Positions 9,371-20,500 of a stretch of 64,000 bases of DNA are shown piece after piece. Position numbers and translations under genes: made by a program. The DNA comes from a virus. Its lineage: Duplodnaviria; Caudoviricetes. Under the pieces are notes generated by a model. It worked only from the letters and a program-made list of their open reading frames with translations. It was not told where the DNA came from and did no database searches. Numbering within the stretch: position 1 is the stretch's first letter; every line of letters begins with the position of its first letter. Where the stretch lies: IMG/VR virus record IMGVR_UViG_3300048591_000242, positions 64,001 to 128,000 of that record; one strand, 5' to 3'.

Positions 9371-9739
9371 GTGGATAATAACATTTTTTTAACCATCCAT
9401 CTTCTACTAATGGAGGAAGTGGATGGCCCGGCTGCAGATTTATTCTGTCAGCATATAGCCGGTACTGTAGGTGACTTAGAATCAGTCAATAGCCGCTACA
9501 GTCAGGCTACCCAAATACACTGGATGGCTAGTTACTGGTTAATGCAATTGTCCGTACTAAACGTCAGTACGTATGTTAGGTTTAATGCGAACAATTTACT
9601 TATTTGTTCTAACATAAATGACTTTGTTGTAGTCTTTAAAACTACTATCCTACCGTTGTTTCAGGAGTATCCAAATCTACCGGAGCTATCGTTACCGGTA
9701 CAACCTTTAGAGGTATACAGTCATGGCGAAAAACCGTAA
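9371..9739 (+). CDS. hypothetical protein
   Basis: ORF between uvsX and the vRNAP subunit gene. Confidence 0.6.
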   Translation: MDNNIFLTIHLLLMEEVDGPAADLFCQHIAGTVGDLESVNSRYSQATQIHWMASYWLMQLSVLNVSTYVRFNANNLLICSNINDFVVVFKTTILPLFQEYPNLPELSLPVQPLEVYSHGEKP

Positions 9740-10400
9740 GGAAGCAGAGAAATTACTATTGTCTCTTATAGAGGAAATAGAGGGAGGTACAGTAAATAGT
9801 AGCTTATACAAGACTTTATTTGAAGGTATGTCTGATACTGAATTCGATAGCTTTGTATCACAGGTAGAAGCTAAGGAAGTACATATATCCATTATTGTAC
9901 CAAATACTAGTAAAATCGTTTTAGATGTAGAACGTTCCATGAAGGTAGGGGAGAAGTTAGGTGTAAAGTTTTTTCAAAGACTTATACTAACAGATCCTCT
10001 TACTGGTGTAGAAACCAAGACACCTATGGAGTATTTAGTTATGCATATGCCGGTTAGAAGACAGAGCCAGCATTTGATCAAAAAACAATCTATTCCTAAA
10101 AGTAGTAAAGTAATAGATCATCTAAGTGGTCAGGTTACCGGGGATAGTAAAGGCGGTAAAATATCACTGCCGGAGTTATTGGTTATGGAGTCTAAGGATT
10201 TAACCGATAACCTTTTAGAACTCATTAAGGTAAGAGGTGGTGACGATAAAGCCTATAAGGGCATGTTGGAACAGATAGAGGCCACCGGCTCATTTAGCAT
10301 AGCTCCTTTATTAGAGTTAAACTCAAAGCCTACCTCTACGGAAACACTAATGGCATATCTATTGGCCGGTCACTTATCAAACACAATGGGTAAGCAGTGA
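9723..10400 (+). CDS. virion RNA polymerase subunit, beta C-terminal part (phiKZ gp149-like)
   Basis: 'LTDPLTG..T', 'MPVRRQSQHLIKK' and 'LSGQVTGDSKGGKISLPE' correspond to the C-terminal RpoB motifs (GGQRFGEME-like). Confidence 0.85.
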   Translation: MAKNRKEAEKLLLSLIEEIEGGTVNSSLYKTLFEGMSDTEFDSFVSQVEAKEVHISIIVPNTSKIVLDVERSMKVGEKLGVKFFQRLILTDPLTGVETKTPMEYLVMHMPVRRQSQHLIKKQSIPKSSKVIDHLSGQVTGDSKGGKISLPELLVMESKDLTDNLLELIKVRGGDDKAYKGMLEQIEATGSFSIAPLLELNSKPTSTETLMAYLLAGHLSNTMGKQ

Positions 10401-10837
10401 TGCAAAATAATACTCCAATTTTAAATGAAGTAATGCAGCAGCTATATGAAATATGTAAGGTAATGGCCAGATATAAAGCTGCTAATGGTAAAGTATCTAT
10501 AGATGATATTTTATCTAAAGCTTTTACTTGGCCGGTAATAGACTCTATCGTGGGTGATAAGGATAGTCGTGATGTTTTTATTGCTTCAGTAGATGATAAT
10601 CTAGATACGGCATTAAAGGTTATTTATAGCAGAGTAACCACACTGTCATATCCAGAGGTAGCTAAGGTAATAACTGATGAATTAACTGCCTTTTCTGGTA
10701 AGTTCTATAATGATGGTAACTCATCTGAAATTACCAGATTTTACAAGGACTACCCTCATTACCTTATATTACGGTTAATGGAACAGTTTACTGTGGACCA
10801 GTTAATAGGTATAGGTGCCGTAGGCGTAACCCAATAG
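10400..10837 (+). CDS. hypothetical protein
   Basis: Translationally coupled ORF. Confidence 0.65.
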   Translation: MQNNTPILNEVMQQLYEICKVMARYKAANGKVSIDDILSKAFTWPVIDSIVGDKDSRDVFIASVDDNLDTALKVIYSRVTTLSYPEVAKVITDELTAFSGKFYNDGNSSEITRFYKDYPHYLILRLMEQFTVDQLIGIGAVGVTQ

Positions 10838-10850
10838 CTAGGAGTCAATT

Positions 10851-11549
10851 ATGCATACACAAAAGCATAAGGTATTTGTGGGATTAGACTGTCTTATGGA
10901 TACTAGACTTGCGGCTTTGGGTAGATACTCCCCAAAGATAGCGGAGGAGTTACTTCTATCCGGTAAATACCATACTAGAAAACACAATAGGTTCGATAAG
11001 TATATAGAGTCTGTGGATCAAAGGGCAGTAGATGACATATACAAAAACCGTGATGTTACTTTACTACAGGAATCCGTTATAACTCCTATAGTACTTATGT
11101 TATCCGATATGGCGGATAGATATAAAGAAGTATCCGCAGGGCATCCAGTACCTATGGTTATGTCTTTAATAGTAAACACTAACCCATATGTTTTAGATAA
11201 AGAACTAACTGAAACATTTCGTGAAGTACTACTAGATGCCATAGGGGCTGAATCCGTTAAATTCTGTAATTTACCTATAGAGCTTATGACGCCTTCCTAT
11301 CTATCTAGTTACGATACAGTAGTTTGGAATGAACTGGATGCGTGGGTTACATTACATCACAAGGAGTTAGCTACTAAGAAAATGGCTGAGGTTACTATGT
11401 ATTGCCCAGAGATACATGTTAATCCAGATGTAGATACATCAGGCGTACATCCTTTAGCTCCAGCTAATGAACTTAGAATGCTACTCATCGAGTATGTGGG
11501 TTTTGAGATTCTACCCTTAGAGCTATATAGTGCCGTAAGACCGACATAA
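10851..11549 (+). CDS. conserved jumbo-phage hypothetical protein (N-terminal 'LDCLMDTRL', HAD-like)
   Basis: ORF with RBS AGGAG; DxxxD-type N-terminal strand. Confidence 0.6.
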   Translation: MHTQKHKVFVGLDCLMDTRLAALGRYSPKIAEELLLSGKYHTRKHNRFDKYIESVDQRAVDDIYKNRDVTLLQESVITPIVLMLSDMADRYKEVSAGHPVPMVMSLIVNTNPYVLDKELTETFREVLLDAIGAESVKFCNLPIELMTPSYLSSYDTVVWNELDAWVTLHHKELATKKMAEVTMYCPEIHVNPDVDTSGVHPLAPANELRMLLIEYVGFEILPLELYSAVRPT

Positions 11550-11591
11550 GTATATACCCAGTCACCGATCTGGTGACTGGGTAATATGTCG
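11542..11591. terminator. bidirectional hairpin with TATGTCG on both strands
   Basis: CGACATA - stem TACCCAGTCACC/GGTGACTGGGTA - TATGTCG, between convergent genes. Confidence 0.75.
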
Positions 11592-11987
11592 CTACTCTAC
11601 ATCGTTGTAGAGTTCTTTGTATGTAAGCGTAGATAACTCCGTAGAGGTTTCTCCCTCTATTAGTTCTATGTCTGGTAGCTCTTCTTCGGTTAATGTAGTC
11701 TGTTTATTCTCTAGTGTCTCACCGGAAGCATCTGTTGCAAATGGGTTACTTACTGCCTGACATACCAAGTTAGACAATACAGAAGCCAACTCTCGTTGCG
11801 CTTTTACGCCGTTGGACTCTACCTTAAGTTTGTTTTCATCCATAGCTGTTTTTGCTATAGCGGTAAGCATAAGTGCCTGGTCTTTATCTATGGTATTGCC
11901 ATTTAAGATAGTTTCCATGCGGCGCTGCTGAACAAACCTAATTAATTCAGTAGGGTCGGTAATAATGTTGTTGTTCGGGATTTCCAC
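11592..11987 (-). CDS. hypothetical protein with acidic C-terminus
   Basis: AGGAGG RBS, GTG start. Confidence 0.7.
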   Translation of the reverse strand: MEIPNNNIITDPTELIRFVQQRRMETILNGNTIDKDQALMLTAIAKTAMDENKLKVESNGVKAQRELASVLSNLVCQAVSNPFATDASGETLENKQTTLTEEELPDIELIEGETSTELSTLTYKELYNDVE

Positions 11988-12064
11988 AATATCAGCCCTC
12001 CTGTTCGATAAAATAATGTTATGATATTGTACTGCGGTAGTATATACTATTGCATATATATTTT

Positions 12065-12077
12065 AGGTATATATTAC
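12065..12077 (+). promoter_or_regulatory. putative early promoter AGGTATATATTAC
   Basis: Recurrent motif upstream of the gene at 12114. Confidence 0.7.
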
Positions 12078-12113
12078 TCTACTGAGTACATAACCGTTTA
12101 TGGGCGTTAATAA

Positions 12114-12620
12114 ATGTTAAAAATTATAGCTAAGTTAAACAGAAAATATAAGCTTTATAAGTTAAGGGAGCAGTATGGATCAGAGAATACCTCTACCGTA
12201 AAAACGGTATCTGAGTACTTAAAACTACTATCCAATGAAGTAGTATCAGTCACTGACTATAATAAACTGAAGGAGTTACATGTATACACCAATCTTCCAG
12301 AAGTATTCTTTATCTATACTTTACTAAATCAGGTTATAGATAGTTATACTGAAACTGGAGTAGTCAAGTACAATAGTAGACTGTTAGCTGATGTACCTGA
12401 TTACTGCTGTGCTATGGATTGGTATTGGAAGTCTATACATAAGAAAGGCATATCTCCTGTGGAGTTTCTAGTTATACTAGGTACTACAGTAGATAAGATT
12501 TTGTTATTAATAGAGAAAGAGGAGGACTTAACTAGGGTGAAGTATATACACAGATGTGTAAACCCTATATTAGAAAACGTCGTATCTATGGCTGACATAA
12601 TTGAGTCAGTTAATAGCTAA
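12114..12620 (+). CDS. hypothetical protein
   Basis: 168 aa ORF. Confidence 0.7.
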   Translation: MLKIIAKLNRKYKLYKLREQYGSENTSTVKTVSEYLKLLSNEVVSVTDYNKLKELHVYTNLPEVFFIYTLLNQVIDSYTETGVVKYNSRLLADVPDYCCAMDWYWKSIHKKGISPVEFLVILGTTVDKILLLIEKEEDLTRVKYIHRCVNPILENVVSMADIIESVNS

Positions 12621-12679
12621 CCACAATTAACGGTGATCTTGCTCTCCGAAATACAGGAGCTGTAAGTTAGGAGCCTATA

Positions 12680-13354
12680 ATGAGTATTAAGAAGATTAAA
12701 AACAAAAGCCCCATGCATGAAATACTGAATGAGGTTAATTCTGGAGTAAACTCTGCTAACGGAGTATTAGCCAGGCTTTGGAGAATAATTCTAAAGCGAA
12801 AGAATATGCAGGGGCATCAGTGGGAGAGGCTATTGGAGAGATGGCGAGTTACCTCAGTAGCTATACATGGGGAGAGAGATATTTCCTTTAAGAAGAATAA
12901 CCTTGTAAAGGCACTAGCTGCGCCCTCTATGACCTGGAAAACCTTTATACAAGGATTACAGGTACTGAATGCCACTAACCGGTACAAATGCATACGCTTT
13001 GAGATACATTTTGTACCCAATCGCGGAGATGTGGAAATAGTTGGAATTAATGTTATAGATAGAAGCACAGACCGAGCCCTGCATATGGACAATATACATG
13101 TGAACAGTCTGATGCCTGGGGATAGATTAGAGCATGGTAAATACTATCAATTGGCTTCATTTGACAATGGCATGTTTAATGGCTCTGTATTTAAATACAA
13201 GGGTGCTGAACCAGCTATTGCCTTTGGTGATATGTTTAACGGTTTTACTACTATCGGTTCTATGGTATTAATGGCTAACGGCATGGAGTCTACTGACTGG
13301 GTAGTACAGAGTCCACCAGCTATGCTATCGGAGGGTGACAGCGATGAAGATTAG
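12680..13354 (+). CDS. conserved jumbo-phage hypothetical protein
   Basis: RBS AGGAG; helical N-terminal domain 'GVLARLWRIIL...NNLVKAL..PSMTWKTF'. Confidence 0.65.
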   Translation: MSIKKIKNKSPMHEILNEVNSGVNSANGVLARLWRIILKRKNMQGHQWERLLERWRVTSVAIHGERDISFKKNNLVKALAAPSMTWKTFIQGLQVLNATNRYKCIRFEIHFVPNRGDVEIVGINVIDRSTDRALHMDNIHVNSLMPGDRLEHGKYYQLASFDNGMFNGSVFKYKGAEPAIAFGDMFNGFTTIGSMVLMANGMESTDWVVQSPPAMLSEGDSDED

Positions 13355-13673
13355 TATGAAAAAGTCAATACATATGTATCGGCAGTTTACAAGGGCTATG
13401 GGCTATGAGATACCTACGAATGAAATAGGGTATGGTAGGCTAACGGATATATCTGCAGTGTTCTCGGGGGATGACATTTTAGTTATGTTAACTATTGAGG
13501 ATGGTTCTGTACAGTATGTGGAGTTAGACGATGTAGCCATTTTGCCTTTAGTGGGGGATTATATTACGTTCGATTTAGCTGGAGAAGCGCTACCTATGTG
13601 GGTAGCTCCAGTAGAGTTAGTGAGACTACCACTACCACATGAACTAAAAGCAATGCAATGCATTGTTCACTAG
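13344..13673 (+). CDS. hypothetical protein
   Basis: ORF overlapping the end of the upstream gene; GGAGG RBS. Confidence 0.6.
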   Translation: MKISMKKSIHMYRQFTRAMGYEIPTNEIGYGRLTDISAVFSGDDILVMLTIEDGSVQYVELDDVAILPLVGDYITFDLAGEALPMWVAPVELVRLPLPHELKAMQCIVH

Positions 13674-13682
13674 GAGAGCTAT

Positions 13683-14150
13683 ATGAATAGAATTTATGGC
13701 GACCTATTGGATGAAGCAGAAACTGGACTATATGGCGCAGTATTACAAGGATGTAATTGCTTTAATACCATGGGTGCATTTCTAGCATTACAAATTAAAA
13801 ACAGATGGCCGGAGGTATATGCCGCTGACCTTAGAACTGTAAAGGGAGATATACACAAACTGGGTACATATACCAGTGCGGTAGTAGAAAGGCGCAATGC
13901 CAGATTCACTGTATATAACTTATATACCCAGTATCGGTATGGCTCCCCTAGAGAAAGACATTTTAATCCGGATGCCCTACGTATGGCACTTATGCGACTA
14001 CGAAATGAGCTGTCTCCGGATACCAGAATACTTTCCCCATTAATAGGTACAGGTGGTGGTGGCTATCGCTGGCGACATGTGTCTAAGATATTTGATGAAG
14101 AGTTACCTGGATGGGATATAACCTTTATATCCTTACCGGATAGTTTTTAA
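13683..14150 (+). CDS. macrodomain protein (Poa1p/T4 Tk.4-like ADP-ribose binding/hydrolase)
   Basis: 'GCNCFNTMGA..A.QIK.RWPEVYAAD', 'VYNLYTQY', 'PLIGTG'. Confidence 0.85.
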   Translation: MNRIYGDLLDEAETGLYGAVLQGCNCFNTMGAFLALQIKNRWPEVYAADLRTVKGDIHKLGTYTSAVVERRNARFTVYNLYTQYRYGSPRERHFNPDALRMALMRLRNELSPDTRILSPLIGTGGGGYRWRHVSKIFDEELPGWDITFISLPDSF

Positions 14151-14166
14151 TCTATATACCTCTATG

Positions 14167-14194
14167 TCTCTCTGGGCTATATAGCCCAGAGAGA
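14167..14194. repeat. perfect 28-bp palindrome (probable terminator hairpin)
   Basis: TCTCTCTGGGCTAT|ATAGCCCAGAGAGA. Confidence 0.7.
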
Positions 14195-14227
14195 TTATAT
14201 AGCCCCCTATTCTTTTTATTGAGGTTT

Positions 14228-15331
14228 ATCATGAGATCACCTTTAAAACCTTCTGTGTTTAGTACAGCTCCAGAGGATGTATCTGAAGTAGTAGACGTAT
14301 ATTCCAGCAATGAGGTAAAAGAAGCTTCAGTGCCTAATACGGTAAAAGCTTTACAGACTAAGAGGAATGAAGACCTACCTACCTCACCAAGTAAAACCAG
14401 TAAAGCAGTAGAAAAAGAAGCTGTAGCTATACATACCAAAAAGATACTGTCTTCTAACCTATCTCCTAATGAGAAGGTACAACATTTAGATGAAAAGGCA
14501 AAGATTTCAGACTATTTAGCTACTGGAGCCAGTTCTAATAAAATAGTAAATATGTTAGATACTCCTCTGCCTAAAAATATAGAGCCCTACGACTTTTTAA
14601 AGAGGGTCGGTAGTAACTCCTTCATAGATGTCAAAAACAGCTTAGCGGCCACCTCAGGGGGCTTGCTGGGCGAGGATTACTCAGAGCTTATGCCCGCTGA
14701 CCTAACTACCTATATGGATCAAGCTTTAGCCTTTATGGATTTAGCCGAATTAAATCACCTATTGTGTCCAGGGGAACTACTTACCGGCAACCATATATCT
14801 ACCGCTTTACGCACTGGAAAAGGCATGATAGATATACGTAAGTACATAGGCTGTAACAAAGGTAAGCCCACAATAGACTTTACCGGCATACAGAGTGAAT
14901 ATTTACCTACAGCGGTACGCTCCCATGTAAATGCTGCTGCCGACGTAGGTGCCTACGACGTTATGGTGGATGTACTAAACGATACTCAGGAAGTGGCACA
15001 CACTGCTGCCTATAAAAAGGAAGTAACGGATAAACTATTATCCAACTACAAGCATAAACCAAAAACTTCTCAAAGTGATCACGCTAATAACGGTACTGAC
15101 TTTGTAGATGCATTGCTTACTATGGATGATAGCTGGGGTAGCTACAATAGAGACGGCTCTACAGTAAGCGATATCTCAGTGTTCTCTAAGGCCTCTCCAG
15201 ATGCTCTAGATGTATTAGCGGCAGACCCTAGAACGTCACAGGATGCTTTAATAGCTAAAGATATTTCTGTAAAGAAAACTAGTTATAAGGAACATGCTTC
15301 TAATACCTATCCTCTATTAAAAACAGCATAA
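14228..15331 (+). CDS. probable virion structural protein
   Basis: About 367 aa ORF next to the tail genes; GAGG RBS before ATG 14228. Confidence 0.55.
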   Translation: MMRSPLKPSVFSTAPEDVSEVVDVYSSNEVKEASVPNTVKALQTKRNEDLPTSPSKTSKAVEKEAVAIHTKKILSSNLSPNEKVQHLDEKAKISDYLATGASSNKIVNMLDTPLPKNIEPYDFLKRVGSNSFIDVKNSLAATSGGLLGEDYSELMPADLTTYMDQALAFMDLAELNHLLCPGELLTGNHISTALRTGKGMIDIRKYIGCNKGKPTIDFTGIQSEYLPTAVRSHVNAAADVGAYDVMVDVLNDTQEVAHTAAYKKEVTDKLLSNYKHKPKTSQSDHANNGTDFVDALLTMDDSWGSYNRDGSTVSDISVFSKASPDALDVLAADPRTSQDALIAKDISVKKTSYKEHASNTYPLLKTA

Positions 15332-15375
15332 AGCATACTCTAGTACACCACATGGTGTACTAGAGCGTTATGCCG
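15324..15375. terminator. bidirectional hairpin element
   Basis: CAGCATA - CTCTAGTACACCA/TGGTGTACTAGAG - TATGCCG, between convergent genes. Confidence 0.75.
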
Positions 15376-15377
15376 CA

Positions 15378-17462
15378 TTAATCAAATCTAGCTGTACCTC
15401 TATATACAGATTTCAGTACGTTACCAGCCTCTGTACCTGCAAAGTAGTTAGCCCAACTAGAAGGAGACATCCACGTACTAATGTCAGCCATTTGATTACG
15501 CCAAGCTAGTCGCATTTTAGGTACAAAATAGAACTGGTCATATAACCGTAATCCACCTAAAGCAGCCATGTAGTCAGAGGCTACTGTATCCTCATCAAAC
15601 ATAGACAGTGATAATAGATCTAACGGACCAGCTATATCGGTAATTGGTATATGCATAATCTTGTTTAGGTTTATTACACTAAACGATACATCTACTGAGG
15701 TAGGTAAGCCATCAGCAGACCAACCTATGCCACCAGTACCACGCTCTATACTTATACTGTCAATTATACCCATTCTAATAATGTTACGTCCCTCACTATG
15801 TAGGTTACACAGAAAAGGAGAGGCATATGAGTTCTTACCGGTACTTCTAGGTAAAGCTCCAGCTAGTAACATACAAAGAGGAATATAAATGTTAGTCAGA
15901 ATAGATAGCTTATTTCCATAAGGAGTAGCTAGCTTTATGGTGTAACTATTTTTAGGTAAATCCGCAGTAGAGTCTTCCCAGAAGTCAGGCATATCTACAA
16001 AGGCAGAGCCGCCCATAGCAGCTAACCCGCTAAGACCTACACTGACTAAACCACCTTCTACAAAATCTCCTATAGCAGTACCTATAGATTCTAATGCATT
16101 GAATAATGGGTTATCACCTAAATTTCCTCCAGCAAAGTTAAACTTAAAACTTCTAGCCTTAGAAGAAGCTGAGTTAACCATACTCTCTACATCAGATGAT
16201 CTAGTACTATTGCTAAAGGATTCACTAGTGGAACCTTCATAATCCACATTAAACGTAACGAATGCCGAACCGTCATTTAATTCTCTTTGAAAGTAATCAC
16301 CATTAGTCTTAGGATCGTCCCAGGGTTTAGCTACCTCTATACGGTTTTTAGCGTATACGGCCGCTGCCTCTCTAGCCGCTTTGGCGTCCGTGGCAGTGTT
16401 GGCTTTCATAGGGGTTTCTTGTTTACTAAGACCACTATCTCCCTTACCTATTAAACTTTCCTTATAAAAGGTATCTAGGTAAGTAGGTAAGGAATACGTC
16501 TTATTGTAACTCTCTGCTCTAGGTGGATCTAGCTTAGAATTAAGATAAGCGGTGATCTTCTCACTATAATTTGCATAGTCGCCACCAGACTCCGCTATAG
16601 CTTTTAATCTTTGTTGGTGCTGGTTAGCTAGCTTCTGTGCTCTACTGGCAATGGAGTATATATCTATACCGCCGTCACTGCGCATAAAGTCAGGTAACAT
16701 ACGGTTTAGTACCCGTACCTCATCATCATCTAAACCATCCGAGTAATTCATCTTCTTAGAGGGATCTGTATCAGTTATATCCGTACCGTCTAGACCAGAT
16801 GGATCTGGACCCTCTACTAAACCCATATTTACCGCTATACGGTTTACTAGTACGGATACGGCAGTCCAGTATAAAGGCATAGTAGGTTTTAAGTAGCAAA
16901 ACTTACTATACGGGTTACCCCCTGCAAATGAGACTAGTCTACTTACTACGTTGCTAGCTCCCATTATTAACTGAAATGGTAAAGTCAATAAGAAGCCAGC
17001 CGCTCTACCTGCCGTAAATGCAAAAGGCGTACTGTCTCCAGAGTTTACTAAATGGCCTATCTCGTGGTCGTAGAATCTGGTAAAGAAGTTTGTCATGGAG
17101 TTATAGGCAGGTACTCCAAATGACATGTGTATTCTCTGAGCATTATCATCTATGGCCTCAGAGTAATATTCACCCATACCCTTACTGGAGCTAGCTAGTC
17201 CAGGTAACTTAGGATCAGCCCATCTAGTAAACTGTGGTCTTGGGTTTATTGCAAAATTACCCCCTGGGGTAGTGTCCGTATATTTTATCTCAGCGGAGCT
17301 ATAGGTTCTACCTTTCTTTTCATTTGATCTGGCAGTAAGCTTAGCTGCTACTACAGCTCCTTCATCTAGGTTAACTGAACCAGGTATAAAGAACGCCTGC
17401 TTTACCCAGTTTCGATCTGAGCTTATATTGTTAATATCTAAGTTAATCGTGGAATTTGACAT
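15378..17462 (-). CDS. tail/baseplate structural protein (phiKZ gp182-like)
   Basis: 694 aa, directly downstream of the gp181-like gene; 'YTDTTPGGNFAINPRPQFTRWADP' and 'IIDSISIERG' are typical of this family. Confidence 0.7.
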   Translation of the reverse strand: MSNSTINLDINNISSDRNWVKQAFFIPGSVNLDEGAVVAAKLTARSNEKKGRTYSSAEIKYTDTTPGGNFAINPRPQFTRWADPKLPGLASSSKGMGEYYSEAIDDNAQRIHMSFGVPAYNSMTNFFTRFYDHEIGHLVNSGDSTPFAFTAGRAAGFLLTLPFQLIMGASNVVSRLVSFAGGNPYSKFCYLKPTMPLYWTAVSVLVNRIAVNMGLVEGPDPSGLDGTDITDTDPSKKMNYSDGLDDDEVRVLNRMLPDFMRSDGGIDIYSIASRAQKLANQHQQRLKAIAESGGDYANYSEKITAYLNSKLDPPRAESYNKTYSLPTYLDTFYKESLIGKGDSGLSKQETPMKANTATDAKAAREAAAVYAKNRIEVAKPWDDPKTNGDYFQRELNDGSAFVTFNVDYEGSTSESFSNSTRSSDVESMVNSASSKARSFKFNFAGGNLGDNPLFNALESIGTAIGDFVEGGLVSVGLSGLAAMGGSAFVDMPDFWEDSTADLPKNSYTIKLATPYGNKLSILTNIYIPLCMLLAGALPRSTGKNSYASPFLCNLHSEGRNIIRMGIIDSISIERGTGGIGWSADGLPTSVDVSFSVINLNKIMHIPITDIAGPLDLLSLSMFDEDTVASDYMAALGGLRLYDQFYFVPKMRLAWRNQMADISTWMSPSSWANYFAGTEAGNVLKSVYRGTARFD

Positions 17463-17520
17463 AAAAGATTTTCCCCTCCAAAGCCAAGAATAATGTCACG
17501 TCCATGTGACTGTATTCACT

Positions 17521-20500
17521 TTACTGATCGTAATTTAAAACCCCAGTAGTGTATTGGGTTTTACCCCAACTGTTACCGGGTCCTTGTTTGGATTTATTAG
17601 CTACGGGCTTAGTAGTTTTAGTTTCATTATTTTCTCCCTTAGAAACCTCTATTACCCTCTGTTCAGATATAGCCATTAGCAGAGCATCTAGCTTCTCAAT
17701 AACTACCTTTTGTCCAGCTATCTGAGTATTACGCTGCTCTCCTGCTTTATTAGCTAAAGCTTCTTGAGACTTAAGCATAGTACTTACCAGAACATCTGTC
17801 TTATCTGTAGCTACCGACAAAGAAGGCTTCTCCTTTGTCTCACTGGAGCTTAACTTAGCCAGCATGTCAGCTAACTCTACGGCGGCACCGGCCACCATAC
17901 GACGTCTACCAAACTCAGGGAAGACGTCTTCTGGACCACCCATGCCTCCTGCCTCATACTCTTCAAAGTCAGCAGATTCACGGATATTGTCTTTAGCCAC
18001 CATAGTAGCTACAGCAGAAGTACCCTTAACTTCAGGTATATCCATATCCTGCTTAGCTAATCCCTCTAAACGTTTATTTCTATCATTTAGCTCCTTTTGT
18101 AATGCAGTTTTAATGCTGGGTTCTACTGAGGCCAATGGGTCCATAGGTTTGTTGTCCTTACCTATGTGCTCAAAGCGCAGATGTGGTCCGGTACTATTAC
18201 CCGTACTACCTACATACCCTATAAGCTGTCCTTTAGTAACAGTACCGCCTACAGTAAGGTTATCATCAAAATCACTAAGATGGCCGTATCTAGTACTAGT
18301 GCCGTCTGGGTGCTCTATGTAAATTACCTTACCGGCAGTTTTGCTATTACCCTTACGTACTACCACACCCTCCATGGCAGAGACTACATCAGTGCCCATA
18401 GGGGCAGCTATGTCTATACCTGTGTGATTCCGTTTTGTTCCATCAAAAGGATCATCTCGCTCTCCAAATTCAGAAGTAAGCATACCTGTAGATAAAGGTA
18501 ACAAAATGTTTTCTTTATCGTTTATGTCCTTCTTGTTTAGATCGCTATATTGACCAGCATTACGGATAACGTTATCTAGTGATACATAGCTAGCTTCGTC
18601 CTTATAATCCTCCCCTATATCAGCAGAAGAACGCATTTTAGACTTAGCTAGACTAATATTACTTTTAGCTTTAGCAGAGGTCTCTACTGGTTTAGGTAAG
18701 ATAGACAATGGATCAAAGTCATCCAACTCCTTAGTTGTATCTAAGGAGGCTATTAAAGCTTTTACATATTCAGATATAAGCTCTACGTTACTTTCTATCT
18801 TAGTACCTTTCTTAGGAGAAGCTGTCCATCTATAAGGATCTACTCCTGTCTCTCTAATATCCTTTTCAGTAAACTGCACTGAAGTAATATACTTAAGCTT
18901 CATGGAATCATCTAACTCATCATCCACGTCATCTAAGTCTACACCGCTATCCATACCCTTAAGTACAGCTAGGTGTGTGAAGAACACAGGTACAAACCTT
19001 TTAGTAAACCAGGTACCCCATTGTACAGCGTCTGCCTCATTATCCAGAAACATACCAAAATCTTCAGCATATTCCTTAAAGAACCAAGCTACATCTTCAT
19101 CCAATGAAGGTACATTACCACTCCAGCTAATTTCACTTAAAGCGCCGTCTTCTAATCTACGAATGCAATAGATTAACTCCTCATCATTAAGTTTAGCACC
19201 GTATTGTAAAAACCTAAGTCCCTCTAATGGCTCTACACTACTACCGTACGAAAGGTGCTTATACAGCTTATAGCCACCATAGGCTAATCCCCCTATAGCA
19301 GCAGCACCTAATACTAAAGGCAGTACACCTACTGAGGCTATTGCTCCTCCTACAGTAGCCGCTCCGCTACTAATAGCCGCTGTAGTAGCCGCTGTAGCCG
19401 TAGTGGCTGCCGTAGCTACACCGCTAGGTATGAGCATACCGGCCGCTCGTATAGCGGCACCACCGGCACCACCTAGCAGACCTAATGCTTTGCTGCCCCC
19501 GGACTTTAACATCCCGCCCAGTTTAGCTAACTTACCACCTTTAGTTTTAGGTTTGCCGTCTTTACCCATATCAGGTAAATCAGGGCCTCCGCCAAATATA
19601 CTACCTAAAGCCTTACCGCCTAAAAGCATAGCCACTAAATCACCTATTTTAGAAACAGCTCCACCTACCATACCGGCTACACCGGCTATAGCTTTGGTTA
19701 GGAAATCAAAAGGACTTTCCTTCTCTTTCTTTTCTTTAGTAGGCTTAGATTCAGCTTTAGCATCTGACGCAGCTTCCGCCTTTGCTTTACGCCTAGCCAG
19801 TATAGCTCTCCAACTATTATCTCTAAGCCCATCGTCGTCACTGTCCCCTGAGATCTTTCTTTTGGCTTCAGCTACGGTGTTGGTAGAGATAGTCTTAAGG
19901 GTCTCTAAGGATTCAGCCATATAGGCCTTTATGGAATACTTTTCAGTATCATCCTCATCCCTAGTATCTATCTCCCCAGTTCGAGTATAGCTATTTTGCT
20001 GCTGACTTTCCTCCTCTTCTATTCTACCACTGCGTTTACCCATGGGTATGGCGGTACCATCTGGAGTAACTACTATTGGATCAGATTCATTGTAGTCGTC
20101 ATAGTCGGTATTATCATTAGAGATGTGTTTATATATTCTATCTAAATAACCTACCTGTTTGTTTAGAATGGCGTTAGTTTCATCTAAACCTATAAACCCA
20201 GGTAACTTAAAATCAGACAGGCTATCTCGTACTGATCCCGCAGCATTAGCAAATAGATTCTTACCAGCAGACAGTTGCTCCAGTATCCATTCTTTAGCGT
20301 CTATACCGTCTGGTATTTTAAACTTACCGGATTCTATTAGTTTATTTATAGCCTCCGGATTCATCTGCTTTATGCGATCCATCATAGCGGTAGGGTCAAA
20401 GCTTGGGTTGTTTATGGTATTAGCCTTAATCATCTCTATTACCTGAGCATGATCTAAACCTTTAAATCTACCAGTAACGCCCTTAGCTACATCCATACCT

